49,421 nt of DNA from Octopus bimaculoides (lineage: Eukaryota): positions 148,692,017 to 148,741,437 of the forward strand of contig NC_068982.1 of assembly GCF_001194135.2 (NCBI RefSeq). The letters are read 5' to 3'. The notes under the pieces were generated by a model. That model saw only the letters and a list, made by a program, of their open reading frames with translations. It did no database searches and was not told where the DNA came from. Below are positions 24,379 to 37,930 of the stretch, piece by piece. The translations under genes were made by a program, and so were the position numbers. How positions within the stretch are numbered: the first letter of the stretch is position 1; each line of letters begins with the position of its first letter.

Positions 24379-24479
24379 NNNNNNNNNNNNNNNNNNNNNN
24401 NNNNNNNNNNNNNNNNNNNNNNNNNNNNNNNNNNNNNNNNNNNNNNNNNNNNNNNNNNNNNNNNNNNNNNNNNNNNNNT

Positions 24480-24830
24480 TATTGCCAGCGTCGCCTTACC
24501 GGCACATGTGCCAGTGGCATGTGAAAAACAACATTCAAGTGTGGCCGTTGTCAGTGCCATGAGATTGGCTCCCATGTAGGTTGCATGTAAAAACACCTTT
24601 GAGCGTGGTCGTTGCCAGAACCACCTGACAGGCCCTCGTGTCGGTGGCACGTAAAAGCATCCACTACATTCTCGGAGTGGTTGGTGTTGGGAAGGGCATC
24701 CAGCTGTAGAAACTTTGCCAGATCAGATTGAGGCTGGTGCAGCCTCTGGCTCTCCAGACCTCAGTCAAACTGTCCAACCCATGCCAGCATGGAAAGCGGA
24801 CATTAAACAATGATGATGATGATGATGATG
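24480..24830 (+). mobile_element. Family A copy
   Basis: Matches 1-242; GAT tail. Confidence 0.85.
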
Positions 24831-25430
24831 ATACATTTCGTATTCTGCTAAGAAGCATTCAAAATATCACTATTTGGTTTGATATCATTATGATAACTTA
24901 CGTCTATGTGTGTGCATGTATGCATGTGTAAGTGTGTGTGTGCATGCACACACGCACGCACACACACACACACACATATATATATTTGTACACACACACT
25001 GGTTGCAATTTACTTCATTTTAGTTGTGTTATTAACTAATTTGTCATAAAATGCTTTTTTTCCATCACACTATTGCAACCTTTCCAATGATTTCAAATTC
25101 TCCATTTGCTTTTCTTGGATATGTTTTGTTGTCAAGCTTTATCTATATCTTGTCAAATATGTGAATGTGTTAATATATTGTTACTTATGTTGTCTCTCTC
25201 TTTGTCTTTTGTATCTTTATATGTTTGTTTTTGTGGGTGCCAACATACATATGTACATGATTGCGATTGTACAGCTCATGTATCATGTGTGGTATGTGTG
25301 TGCGTGCATGTATGTGTGTATAGTTCATGGTTTGTAGTGTATGTATGTATGTATGTATGTGTGTATGTGTGTATGTAGTTAGTTGGCTTTAATCTAACTT
25401 CATTTCAATTCTGGTATTACATGGTGTATT

Positions 25431-25757
25431 ACAATATGTGTGTGTATGTGCATGCATATATATATGCGAATTTACTCATGTATTGAGGCATCACTGTATA
25501 TATATAGTAAGTATTTTTACAGACGAATACCCCATGTATTACATGGTGATGGTGGAGATAGTAATGATGGTGCTGATGGTGCTGATGGCAGTGATGGTGA
25601 GTGTGGGTGCTGTCAATCAACTAATATTTTTTCTATTGAGATTTTATAAACTCACAATATGTGTGTGTATGTGCATGCATATATATATGCGGATTTACTC
25701 ATGTATCGAGGCATCACTCTATATATATAGTAAGTACTTTTACAGATGAATACCCCA
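25431..25757. repeat. 104-bp local direct duplication (25431-25534 and 25654-25757)
   Basis: 5 mismatches by eye. Confidence 0.9.
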
Positions 25758-26188
25758 GCTTGCTCACCAACCACATGGTTCCAGGTTCAGTCCCACTGTG
25801 TGGCACCTTGGGCAAGTGTCTTCTACTATAGCCTCAGGCCGACCAAAGCCTTGTGAGTGGATTTGGNNNNNNNNNNACTATAGCCTCAGGCCGACCAAAG
25901 CCTTGTGAGTGGATTTGGTAGATGGAAACTGAAAGAAGCCCGTCGTATATATGTATATATATATATATGTATGTGTGTATGTGTGTCTGTGTTTGTCTTC
26001 CCACCATCGCTTGACAACCGATGCTGGTGTGTTTACGTCCCCGTAACTTAGCGGTTTGGCAAAAAGAGACCAATAGAATAAGTACTAGGCTTACAAAGAA
26101 TAAGTCCTGGGGTCGATTTTCTCGACTAAAGGCGGTGCTCCAGCATGGCCGCAGTCAAATGACTGAAACAAGTAAAAGAGTAAACGAG
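25757..26188 (+). mobile_element. SINE family B, 5'-truncated, spans a 10-N gap
   Basis: Family B body and 3' end. Confidence 0.9.
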
Positions 26189-26671
26189 ATATATATATAA
26201 TATATGTATATATGCTTTCAGTGCGAATGGTTATGTTATACGGTGCGGTATTTTACAATCCTGCAAATAATAACAATGGTATTTTTATGTAAGCTTAAAG
26301 CTTATGGTGATCACCATGCAATGACTAAAGAAGGAAAAATAGTCTAATAACGGAGCATATAAGCCCTTGACAAAAAAACAGATGTTTTCCTATCAGCTTG
26401 GGACTCAATCCTACATCCCTTTGTTAATGTGACTGTGTTACCTTTACACCACCAAATTAGCCTCCCACTTTCTGTCAAATTTAAGAACTATATTAGTTCG
26501 TATTTGTTTTATGTAAACAGACTTTCTATATTCTTTTGGTGAGAATGGTTATGTTATAATAATAATAATAATAATAATAATGGTATTTTCATATAAGCTT
26601 AAAGCTTATAGTGATCACCATGCAATGAATAAGGAAAATAGTCAAATAATGGGGCATACAAGCCCTCAAAA

Positions 26672-26870
26672 TGACTGGCCCTCATGCCGGTGGCACGTAA
26701 AAGCATCCACTACACTCTCGGAGTGGTTGGCATTAGGAAGGACATCCAGCTGTAGAAACTCTGCCAGATCAGATTGGAGCCTGGTGCAGCCTTCTGGCTT
26801 GCCAGTCCTCAGTCAAATCATCCAACCCATGCTAGCATGGAAAGTGGATGTTAAACGATGATGATGATGA
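26672..26870 (+). mobile_element. Family A copy
   Basis: Matches 1-242. Confidence 0.85.
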
Positions 26871-26939
26871 TATATTGATAGAAATGGTAATACAACAAAA
26901 AAATGAAAGAGACCTCGATATTATGTAAATAGAGGAATT

Positions 26940-28127
26940 TATCTGTAAATATAATATGTGACAATTATTTGGTAGCCATGATAAATCTCTGAGTTTCAGA
27001 TGCTGCGGTGGAAACCCACGGATCATGTCCATATGTGGCTAAATATTTGTTACATTTTTGGTCCCCCCGAGATTACAGATAAGACATGCTTTTTATATTG
27101 TGTCCACGTGCAAGCTTGTTATCTCTCTATACTTTTTACTTATATTTTCTTATATATTTTTTTATATATTTTTTACATATTTATAGAGATATTATTTTAT
27201 AGTTTTATTGCTCATATATTTTTTTACACATATTTTTCTGTATCTTACCTTCCACCCTGCATTTTTCCTGTGCGTATATAGACGTGTATGTGGATTTTTT
27301 TGTGCATGCGCGTGGATGTGTACGTGTGTGTGGGCATGTGCGTATATAGACGTGTGTGTGCATGCATGCGACTATGTGCATATATAAACGTGTATATGAA
27401 CCTTTTTTTGTGTGCATGTGTGTGTGCGTGTATGTATAATTTCTTTTTGGTGAATGTGTGGGTGCGCATGCGTGTTTCAAGTAAGTGTGGACAAGCATAT
27501 GCACATAGGCACATGTATGTGGGTGTGCGTGCACGCATGTGTATGTATGGACATGTGTGCATACGCGTTCGCCATGGGCATAGTTACTCTTTTACTTTAA
27601 TTCTTATTGCTTATTTTTTACACTTTTTTTACACATTTTTCTGTATTTTGCCTTTAGTTCTGATTTTTCTTGTGCATGTATGCATATAGATGTGTGTATG
27701 AACGTTTTTTGTGTGCGCACGTGTGTGTGTGTGTGCGAGCGTGTATGCGGGTATGTATATATTTTTTGGCGAATGTGTGGGTGAGCATGTGTGTGTTTCA
27801 AGTGAGGGTGGCTGAGTATATACATATAGGCACATGTACGTGGGTGTGCAGGTGTGCATGTGTATGTATGGACATGCGCACTTACTTGATTGCTATGAAC
27901 ATTTTTACTCCCTTATCTTTACTCCCTCCCCTTAATTGGCGGTCATTGTAATAGCTTTTTTTGTCTTAATAATGGTCATTCACACAGAAATTTCCCTTTG
28001 TTTAATGGTCATTTTCATAGCACTTTTTTGATGGCCCGATAACTGAAGAAGGTTTCCGCCCCAACATCCAAAACTTGGAGTTTTATCATGGCTACCAAAT
28101 AATTGTCACATATTATATTTACAGATA
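26940..28127. mobile_element. 1.19-kb fold-back element: 77-bp inverted arms (PLE-like) around an internal tandem duplication
   Basis: 26940-27016 vs revcomp 28051-28127: 69/77, outer 46 bp identical; diverged internal units ~27225-27560 and ~27630-27890. Confidence 0.75.
28038..28087 (+). ncRNA. Degenerate minimal type-I hammerhead ribozyme motif
   Basis: GATAA-CTGAAGA-A-GG...CC-AAAA-CTTGGAG-T-T-TTATC; GATAA/TTATC forms stem I; the left arm keeps GAAA; stem II is weak. Confidence 0.45.
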
Positions 28128-28147
28128 TCTATCTATCTATCTATCTA

Positions 28148-28177
<30 letters not shown>

Positions 28178-28181
<4 letters not shown>

Positions 28182-28528
28182 TCCAGGTTCAGTCCCACTG
28201 CGTGGCACCTTAGGCAAATGTCTTCTACTGCTGCCTCGGGCTGACTAAAACCTTGTGAGTGGATTTGGTACATGGCAATTAAAAAAAGCCCATCATATAT
28301 GTGTATGTGCGTGTGCATGTGTGTGTGTTTGTGTGTCTGTGTTTGCCCCCCCCCCATCGCTTGACAACCAATGATGGTGTGTTCACATCCCCATAACTTA
28401 GCGGTTTGGCAAAGGAGACCAGTAGAATAAGTACTAGGCTTACAAAGAATAAGTCCTGGGGTCTATTTGTCCAACTATAGACGGTGTTCCAGCATGGCCA
28501 CAGTCAAATGACTGAAACAAACAAAAGA

Positions 28529-28529
<1 letters not shown>
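28178..28529 (+). mobile_element. SINE family B, 5'-truncated
   Basis: B-box GGTTCAGTCCC through GACTGAAAC and (TA)n tail. Confidence 0.85.
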
Positions 28530-28563
<34 letters not shown>

Positions 28564-28759
28564 TAAACCATACATACATACTTGGCACCATCAGAGTCAT
28601 ATGTGCAGGCATAGAGGACTATTTAGAATACCTTTTTTACACACTTTCTACTACATTTATGCCAATTTCTCCAGCTTACATCAGCAACTGGTTTATTTCT
28701 TCCATTATAATAAGAGAAGCACCTTTCACTTGACAGTATACCATTATTCATGATTGATT

Positions 28760-30480
28760 ACAAAATATATCTGGCACCAAGTGGATTCTCACTAGTACAA
28801 TCGTGGCTGAAACTGAAAACAACACCAACTATGATACCAACACAAGCAGTACTACAATATTTGTAAGTTATTCAAAACAACATAAGTACTCTTCTCCACT
28901 TCCTTTAGTCCTCACATTTAATTCAAGATCTACTTTGGGGCTATGTAAAAGTCTGTGATGACTTTTCTGAGGATTATATGAAGTGGCTTAAAGGATACTA
29001 GGAAAAGCTCACCCAAATTGAAACTATTTTGCAGCAAAACAGTTTTGGCAACAAGCATTTTTCTTTGCCAAAAATGGTTATCACAGATTGCAGCTGCTAT
29101 TCCAACCCTCATGATGCTAACTGAGCTATCCCAAAGCACTGAAGACCAACCAAAGCCTGCCATAAGAGAGATCGAAGATAATGTAAACAAACGGCTACCA
29201 CCTTTCACTAAACTCTTACATATCTCCAACTGTAACTCATTAGAGAGAGACGACTGTGAAATATATTCAGTTTAAGAACGTTTTGAAACCAGAGTTTGTA
29301 AAAAAACTTTCCCAGTTTTTCTAAGCTGTCATTGAATGACAAATATTCTTAACAAGATTAAAGAGAAAGTCAACTGCTCTCATGATTGAAGTTATATATG
29401 AATTTGCTGGAGAGCACATAAAAGCAGGTAATGTTAATTCCTGGGCAATTAATATCTACATATAAACAAATGTTACTCTTAAAGAACTTAGCAGAAACTT
29501 GCAGTACACATGTGAATGAAATTACTAAACAGAAACCAGTTAAATGGAAAGTAAAACTTGAAGAAAACATTAACTATCTGCACTGCCATTTTTGATCGTT
29601 AACCCAAGTAATAAAATGGGAGGAGAATAAGGAATTCCCACCCACCATCAGTTAAAATTAGGAAAAAAATTACAAAACTCTATGGTGATTCTTCGTGTCA
29701 GCCAAACTCATGAGAGAAGGCTAATTACTTTAAAGCATCAACACAGGATACTTAGTGAACAACTTTGTTACCATTGAAAATGTTCAAGTGAACCAGTATA
29801 AATTACAAATTTGTTTCCAATTCACAGGTATTATACTGAGAGATGAGGAAAGAAAACAAAGTCTTTTCTCTAGGAGACTTTGAATCTTTCTGATTTTAGA
29901 TCAGCAATGAAAAGAGAGATTTTAGCTAGAATGCATCTTGGTTAAATTCAATTAGGGAAAAATACTGTGCAAACATCAACTATAAATTATTCACAATGAA
30001 ACTTGAAATATTTACTATAGCTACAGGTAAATTGCATTATGAGAAGGCACCTGGAAAAGATGTTATAGTTGCATATGGCTACAAGAAGCTGACTTTCTAC
30101 AGTAAGCCATTAATGTGTATATTTAAAAGGATTATGGAAGGTCAAATTAGCTTGCTATAGTATGGATGAATCTTGTGGCTAAGATGAAACAATCAAGTTG
30201 GCAGCAAACTGTAGGCTTATTGCTTGCCTAAACATTTTGTACAAGCTTTACACAAGCTCTCTCAATCAGCTTCTCCAGGATCATTGTGAGTCCAACAACA
30301 CCCTGTCTGATGATTTGGTACATGAAAAGAAGGAACTATGAAGATGTGTGGAGCAACTTTTGATAAACGAAGTAAGAAAACATTGCAGAAATCTTGTGAC
30401 AGTATGATTCAACTATAGGAAGGCTTTTGACTTTATTCCCCACTCACAGCTGCTGATGTCTCTGCACTGGATAAAAATAT
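28760..30480 (+). mobile_element. Degenerate R4/Dong-type non-LTR retrotransposon, N-terminal region to RT motif 3
   Basis: KWLSQI, VKWKVKLEENINYL, EKAPGKDVIVAYGYKKLT, NCRLIACLNILYKLYTS, FNYRKAFDFIPHS (cf. WKAPGPD, NYRPIACL, DYKKAFDSVPHSW); multiple stops. Confidence 0.8.
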
Positions 30481-31430
30481 CTGCAACCTTCATTGCTACC
30501 ATTGAGAGGCAAGTATAAATGGCTCTTGTGCATTTGCTATTAGATCATGGTATTAACTAAGCAATCAAGTGACAAGGAAAGGGTACCCCTGTGCTATCGC
30601 AAAAGAATGGAACAAGAGAACGGAGGTGAGAATTCAGTTATGTAAATTATGAAACCATAAAAACAGAAACTGAAATTCTGTTTAGTTGGAAATGAATGAA
30701 GTCATATGAAAGATTAATAGTTAATGGGCTAATACTAACCAAAAGGAAATTTTACCAGTTGCAGACCCTAAACTGAAGCCTTAGGAATTTTGTAACAGAG
30801 TTGGTAATGGATTTAATATCAAAATAAATAGAATTACAGGAAGTCTATCTCCTTGGAATATTCCCTTTGAAATATTTATAACACCAGAGACAATAGTTCT
30901 GCTTTGAGTTGCAAGTGTGAGTATTGTTGTTCAGGAATTACATTATTAACTATCTACCTTTCAACTTAGCAGTTTTAATTAATTAACTTACTAATTAGAT
31001 AACAAATAAGCTATTTGTTTATGTAATACTTAATCATGTCAAAATTTAATTATAATCACTTTTTATTAGTGCACTTGTTCCAATGGACACTGTATTCTTT
31101 TTCTCTTTTCATTCCATTTATAGGGTGGAGGGTCACTGATATATGTCTTGATGTATGTGTACATACACTGTCAATCCACTTAACACACTCCAGTAGAAAA
31201 TGAATTGCAAACAATTGTTATTTAAAACACGTTTATTATCTTTATTGTTATCTTTATCAATATCACAACTTAATCTTTCTATGGCTTACCTTAGACTTTT
31301 ATTACCTGGAACTTCTTTCTTCATCTATGACATTACTACACTCTAAATTATCATGTCTTTACCCTTGTATTTATTTATTTATTTATTTATTTATTTATTT
31401 CTAATCATCATACCACCGACATCATCACCA

Positions 31431-31756
31431 TTTTTTCTTGTGGGGATACCTGAAAGAGACACTGGTGCAACTGAAGGAGAACATCAATAGAGAAATTAGA
31501 GAAGCTGGGGTCTGAAACTCTGGAGGGTGTTATGGTGCAAGTTTCAGAAAGAGCACAGGCGTGCAAAACCGAAAATGGCTGCCATTTAAGCCATGTAATT
31601 TTCTATATGTGATATAGTGGTGTTGCAAAATTTGACTTTTGTATATTAATTTCCATAATGTTCTTTATATCGTATCAAAATTTCATGCACATTTATTTGT
31701 AGCGTTAAAGAAGTTAACAAAAATTGAAACCCATCAGTGACTTTTGGAACACCCAG
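31431..31756 (+). mobile_element. Tc1/mariner-type DNA transposon 3' end
   Basis: FFLWGYLKE...LKENINREI...ERAQACKTENGCHLSHVIF is the typical C-terminus; ends TTTTGGAACACCCAG followed by TA. Confidence 0.85.
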
Positions 31757-31943
31757 TATATTAAGATAGTAAGGTTGTGGTCACGTGGGAATGTACAAAA
31801 GAAAGAAAGAATGTGGTGTTGGCAGTTCTCGGTATGCCATTTCTTACTAAGATGATAACATTCATTACGACATATAAAAGGATGCTGTGCTAATGCAAAA
31901 CATACGCATCCAACCCATGCTAGTATGGGAAATCGATGCAAAC

Positions 31944-31991
<48 letters not shown>

Positions 31992-32453
31992 ATGATGATG
32001 CCTAGCACATCATCTCATCACTATCATTACAATATCCTTAAGAATCTTATCATCATTGTACTCAGCCATGATTTCAATTATAGATAATGTGGTCAATGCT
32101 CATTAGACTAATGAAATCTCTAAAAATTTAGCAAGATATTAGATACGCACAGCATGCATTATACTAAATAAGTGAATGCGCACACACACACACACACGTG
32201 TGTGCACATAAATATACATATATATTTACATGCACGCATATGCTAGAAGTTACATTTGTATATACATATGTATAAATAGACAAAGACCAACATGGATAAA
32301 TTTATGTTTAAAATTTACACGTTTGTATTTACTAGTGTGTATATGTAAGTGTATTCATATGAATGCGTGCATATTTGTGTATGTTTGAGTGTACATATAT
32401 AAATGTACACACCACACACTTTTTTGTGATAGTTTTACTGCTTTTTAATAAGG

Positions 32454-32501
<48 letters not shown>

Positions 32502-32730
32502 TATACATATATATACATACACATATGATTGTATATGTCTAACATCTTTGATATGTCTCTATGTTTTAATACATTTCCATATAAATGAAAGTACACATCT
32601 GCACAAACATCATACATCTTTTCTTATAAATGTGCCAGTCATACAAAGCTGATTTGCTCCATTTATCTAAAACTATATGCATGCATACACAGATTTATAT
32701 AAATATATATATATATATGTGTATGTATGT

Positions 32731-33347
32731 TATCATCATCATCATTATCATCATCGTTTAACGTCTGCTTTCCATGCTAGCATGAGTTGGACGATTTAAC
32801 CGAGGACTGGCGAAGCAGATGGTTGCACCAGGATCCAATCTGATCTGGTAGAGTTTCTACAGCTGGATGCCTTTCTTAATGCCAACCACTCTGAGAGTGT
32901 AGTGGGTGCTTTTACGTGCCACTGGCATGAGGGCCAGTCAGGAGGTACTTGCAAAATGGTGTATTTTATGTGCCACCTACACTGGAGCCAGTCCAGCGGT
33001 ACTGGCAACGAACTCGCTCGAATGTCTTTTCACGTGACACTGGTATAAGTGTCAGGAAGGCGATGTTAGTAACGATCACGCTCAAATGGTGCTATTTACA
33101 TGCCACCAGCACGGAAGCCAGACAGCTGGTGCTCTGGCAATGATCACGCTCGGATGGTGCTCTTAGTGCTCCACTGGTACAGGTGCCATCACGATTTCAC
33201 TTTCGCTTGCCCCAACAGGTCTTCGCAAGCCGAGTTTAGTGTTCAATGAAGAGACGTTGGCATGGGTGCCAGTCTACAAATTTAGTTCGATTTCAATTTC
33301 ACTTGCCTCAAGAGGTCTTCACAAGTGGAGTTTAGTGTCCAATTAAG
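32731..33347 (-). mobile_element. Long family A copy
   Basis: (TCA)n tail, core, and repeated TGGCAACGA..CGCTC.AATGGTG units. Confidence 0.85.
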
Positions 33348-33358
33348 GAATGTTATGC

Positions 33359-33395
<37 letters not shown>

Positions 33396-33760
33396 CGTAT
33401 GTTTATTTATTTATTTATTTATTTTCGTGCCAGTATGTATTCATATTTCTATATGTTTTTATATATTTGCTAATATGTACTGATATACAAATTATGCAAA
33501 TACATACACGAATATTCATTACAGATGCACACAACGATAGCTATTTTCAAGCTTATTTCTGGCGTGGTTGGAATATCTAATTAAAAATTTCTCTTGATAT
33601 TCTTAATTATCTCTTAAAATCTAAGTAAAGAAATTCAAACTAAAATTACATATAAGATTTTAAATGTTTCTGTTTCATATATTTATTTATTTATTGAAAT
33701 TTCACATTTATTTTGCTCTCATGTGGCTAAACTAATCTCATCTTCCAATAAACTCTAATG

Positions 33761-33800
<40 letters not shown>

Positions 33801-33813
33801 CTGTCTCTCTGTT

Positions 33814-33863
<50 letters not shown>

Positions 33864-35319
33864 CCTATATATATATCTATATATATATGAAAGTTAATGA
33901 AATAAAGAACATGGACAATCCTTGTTTTTTGCTTAGCTTTTGACTAACTCTGTTTATGCAAGCCTATGCCCCAAAGCTTTCTTGCTATGATCATGCTGTG
34001 TTTTTTGTTTGTTTTTGTTTGTTTACTTGCTTTTTGGAAGACTGATGGTACGTCCAAGGGTTACATTATCCAATGTATTATTTGTTTATTTAAGATGGTA
34101 TGATATGATCTGAGAGAGATTTGACAGCTATTTCTCACAAACTGAGGCTTGATATAGTGTCATACTTCTTGGTTCAATCCATTTTATTTTTCTGGGTTTT
34201 CAGTCTGTTGTCAAAATTGTTAAAATATTGAAGAAAATACCTCATAGCATTTGCTCCAGTTCTCAACGCTCTGACTTCAAATCATACTAAGGATGCCTTT
34301 GTCTTTCATCCTCTTGGAATACCAGAAATATCAGTTCAAGAACCAGTGGATTTTTTAGAGCATCAAGTGAGATACCTTGTCATATTTGTTTTGGCTTTTG
34401 TGTTCTGAGTTCTTTAACACATTAACTGTCACATGTACAACCAGTGGTTCATCACACTTCATACAACTACCATATGCACTGCCAGGGGTACATTGTCATA
34501 ATTTGAGAAAATAATTTCATTCTGTACCTTTGACATAGTTTCAAGGATGTTTAAATAATATTAATCATTAAATATTGTAAAAATGCAAAAAAAAAAAACA
34601 TTTTGTTGTAATTAAACAGTGTGCAATGTAACTTAACAGTCTAAAAATAGCACCTAAATCTCTTTTATACTATACCTTTCCATCTTAAAGGAAGGCTAAC
34701 TTGAGTGATGTAGTTCTTGATACACAATGTCTGATAAGACGTGGTATGCTCATAGCTGAAATGCTTTTCATCATAAGTCATCTCAACCAGAGCTGACTTG
34801 AAGAGCTCAAAATCCTCTTGATACCCAATGACAATCTGTAGGTTAGCATTGGGATTGTTGTTGCTGTTGTTTAAACATAAAGTAAGCTCTGATCAAGCCA
34901 TCAAAGATATTCTAGCTATGAAATACCATCTCATCTTTTTCTTTTTTATAATCCAAATCAACTTGTTCACTGTATCTTTGTTTTGTTAAATCCCCACAGA
35001 CATAAAAAAAGCAAAGATACATACCCTTTCTGGCATGTAGAGTGCCTATGTACAAGCTTTTCCATGAACTCTGTAGTAGTACTGAGGTCAGGATTAAATA
35101 TCAGTTAATCATGTAATGTTTGATTTGAAATAATTTGGCCTTGCTTTCTGGAATGAACCCCATTACAATCTTGTAATGTATTTAATTTTCTAAGTTTTTA
35201 GATGGTTTTAACCATCATTTCCAAGGCCATCTTCAATAATTTGATTGATTTTTAGATATTTCTTATAAACATGTACATGCACAACAAATAGTTTTGCATA
35301 TTTATTTTATGACCAAAAT

Positions 35320-35720
35320 CTGTAGAAGTGAGAATGTGTTCCTCAGACGTTGTCTTAGAACCATACTATGAATATCTTAGTGCAGCTTCATCACAAATGA
35401 AGAAGTCATAGAATGGCTTGGCACAGAAATATGCAGGATATCATTGCCAAGTGTTATGCATCCCCATAAAAAGTGGAAGCCACAGTGGGAATAGGTATAG
35501 GAGATGAGGTAGACATGTGGAGATCTGATTGAGAAGTATAGAGGGAAAACATAGGCCTGGATTTGTAGCATGCTCGTGACATGGCTGATGGCCTTTCTAA
35601 ATGAAGAATTCTCATCACCTGATGCTGAACAGGAAATGAGAGGAACTAAGCAAAGCTAATTCATTTCCAAGAATATCAAAAAGAAGGCAGAAACATGTTC
35701 AGAGTAGCTTCCCATACTTG
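35320..35720 (+). mobile_element. Degenerate RTE ORF2 C-terminal fragment
   Basis: FLRRCLRTIL*IS*CSFITNEEVIEW matches RTE RCLRSILNISW.D.ITNEEV. Confidence 0.65.
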
Positions 35721-35819
35721 CTAGAAAAATCAAAATATTATTTTTATCATTAATATCTTTTTTTAGTTTCTGCTACTTTGAATGCTTCATGTTATTAAAT
35801 ATGTAAACACCTACTTTGC

Positions 35820-36560
35820 TTTCATGATTCATCAACAAGCTGAAAGTCAATACAATTCATAATCCCCACCATCAACAAACTCCTAGTTATGCTTAAATTC
35901 CAGACAACACATTGGTTGCCTCTGTATACATAAAGTAGACTTGATGATAAAGAGTTATTGAACCACAAAAGTAACAACCTAACTAAACATATGAAGCACC
36001 AGTCAGCTAAATAAACTACACATCTAACATTTGGGTAATAGATTTTATCTCTGACACCTGATTCAATATCCAAAGTCCTTAGGTACTATTAGCAAAATCC
36101 ATTTTGCTACAAGTATTTAGCCATGTCTCTGAAAAGGGTCTTGGGTGTTGTTTCTCCCCTATAAACCATGAAAAATTCCTTTGCGTCCAACCCAAATAAT
36201 AACTTGTTTGAATCTAGATGAATCTCATTTTCATTATATGAAACCAAATTTTGAGATAACTAACCCCATTAATTTATGTGGTAGAATCCTTAACTGTCAA
36301 AATTATATCCTCTACTGAATGAAATATTGAGAGATTACAGGCAAACTTCCAAACACTCTGGAGGAAACATAGACATAATAAATTAACTAACATACTTCAG
36401 TTGACGAAATGGATCCCTATGTAACTGTCATAAAACCTTCTACTTAATAAGCATTACATTCAAGTGCACCAGACAATGCACTTTGGTTAACTCTAATGAA
36501 ACAGTTATTAATCAATAGAATCTCTGCTCTATTTAAACCCAGACTTCAGCTACCTAGAAC
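35820..36560 (-). mobile_element. Highly degenerate RT-like fragment, possibly PLE-class
   Basis: LINNCFIRVN...VEG..T*GSISSTEVC and LDIESGVRDK; only loose motif similarity. Confidence 0.3.
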
Positions 36561-37396
36561 AAATCGCTAGCTAATCATAAAATTTTCCCACCTAATTAAA
36601 TCAATTCTTCAACTGATCAATGCATTGATCAGTTACTATAACTAACTATAACAACTCCATCTAACTGCACTTAACTGAACACAGTCTCCCATTCATGAAG
36701 TTAATTAAAACAAAATCTTCAGCTAACCACTATAATCCACTTTGGTATCTATGATATAGTAATCATGTGTTCTACCAGATCTCTTCCTCAATTGCCCTTT
36801 CCTCTTCTTTGTAATCATTGTAATGAATTTAGAGCCTGGCAGCTGCTGAAGCTTCAGTATATGATAGCCTTTTAGCAAAATCACTTTAAATCAATTTAAA
36901 TGCTAGCAAGTTTGAAACACGGCAGGACTTGTGTTAACACGGTGTCTGGCCGAATGCTAAGTAGACACCCACTTTTACCCATATAATTTCTTGCTCCTTT
37001 CAGCCATTAGATTGTACCTTTGCTGGGACACCACCTTCAAGCACTTAATTGTTCATGTCAACCCCCAACTATATATTTTGGAAGCTTGTACTTATTTTAT
37101 CAGTCTTTCTATGTTGACCTTTAAGTTATGGAACATAAAAGGACAATAACATAATCTATACAGATGTTTAGATTATAAACAAACACACAAACATGCACAC
37201 ACACAATCATACACACACACACACACAAACACCTTATATCTTTTACTTGTTTCACTCATTAGACTGCGACCATGCTGGGGCACTGCCTTGAAGAACTTTT
37301 AGTCTAATGAATCAATCCCAGTGCTTATTTTTCTCTTTTTTTTTCCTTTTTATAAAGCTTGGTACTTACACATACATACATACATATATATATATA

Positions 37397-37798
37397 GGCG
37401 TAGGAGTGGCTGTGTGGTAAGTAGCTTGCTTACCAACCACATGGTCCCAGGTTCAGTCCCACTGCGTGGCATCTTGGGCAAGTGTCTTCTACTATAGCCT
37501 CGGGCCAACCAAAGCCTTGTGAGTGGATTTGGTAGACGGAAACTGAAAGAAGCCCGTCGTATGTATGTATGTATATATATATGTATGTGTATGTGTGTTT
37601 GTGTGTCTGTCTTTGTCCCCCCAACATCGCTTGACAACCGATGCTGGTGTGTTTATGTCCCCGTAACTTAGCGGTTCGGCAAAAGAGACCGATAGAATAA
37701 GTACTAGGTGTCTAAAGAATAAGTCCTAGGGTCGATTTGCTTGACTATAGGTAGTGCTCCAGCATGGCCACAGTCAAAAGACTGAAACGAGTAAAAGA

Positions 37799-37799
<1 letters not shown>
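37397..37799 (+). mobile_element. SINE family B, full length, followed by a ~290-bp (TA/TATG/CA) array
   Basis: A-box TGGCTGTGTGG, B-box GGTTCAGTCCC, complete 3' end. Confidence 0.92.
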
Positions 37800-37871
<72 letters not shown>

Positions 37872-37885
37872 TGTATATATGTATA

Positions 37886-37930
<45 letters not shown>

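Noticed and set aside
25820-25920. ~42-bp direct repeat either side of a 10-N gap
   Set aside because: Typical unmerged contig overlap inside a SINE; assembly artefact
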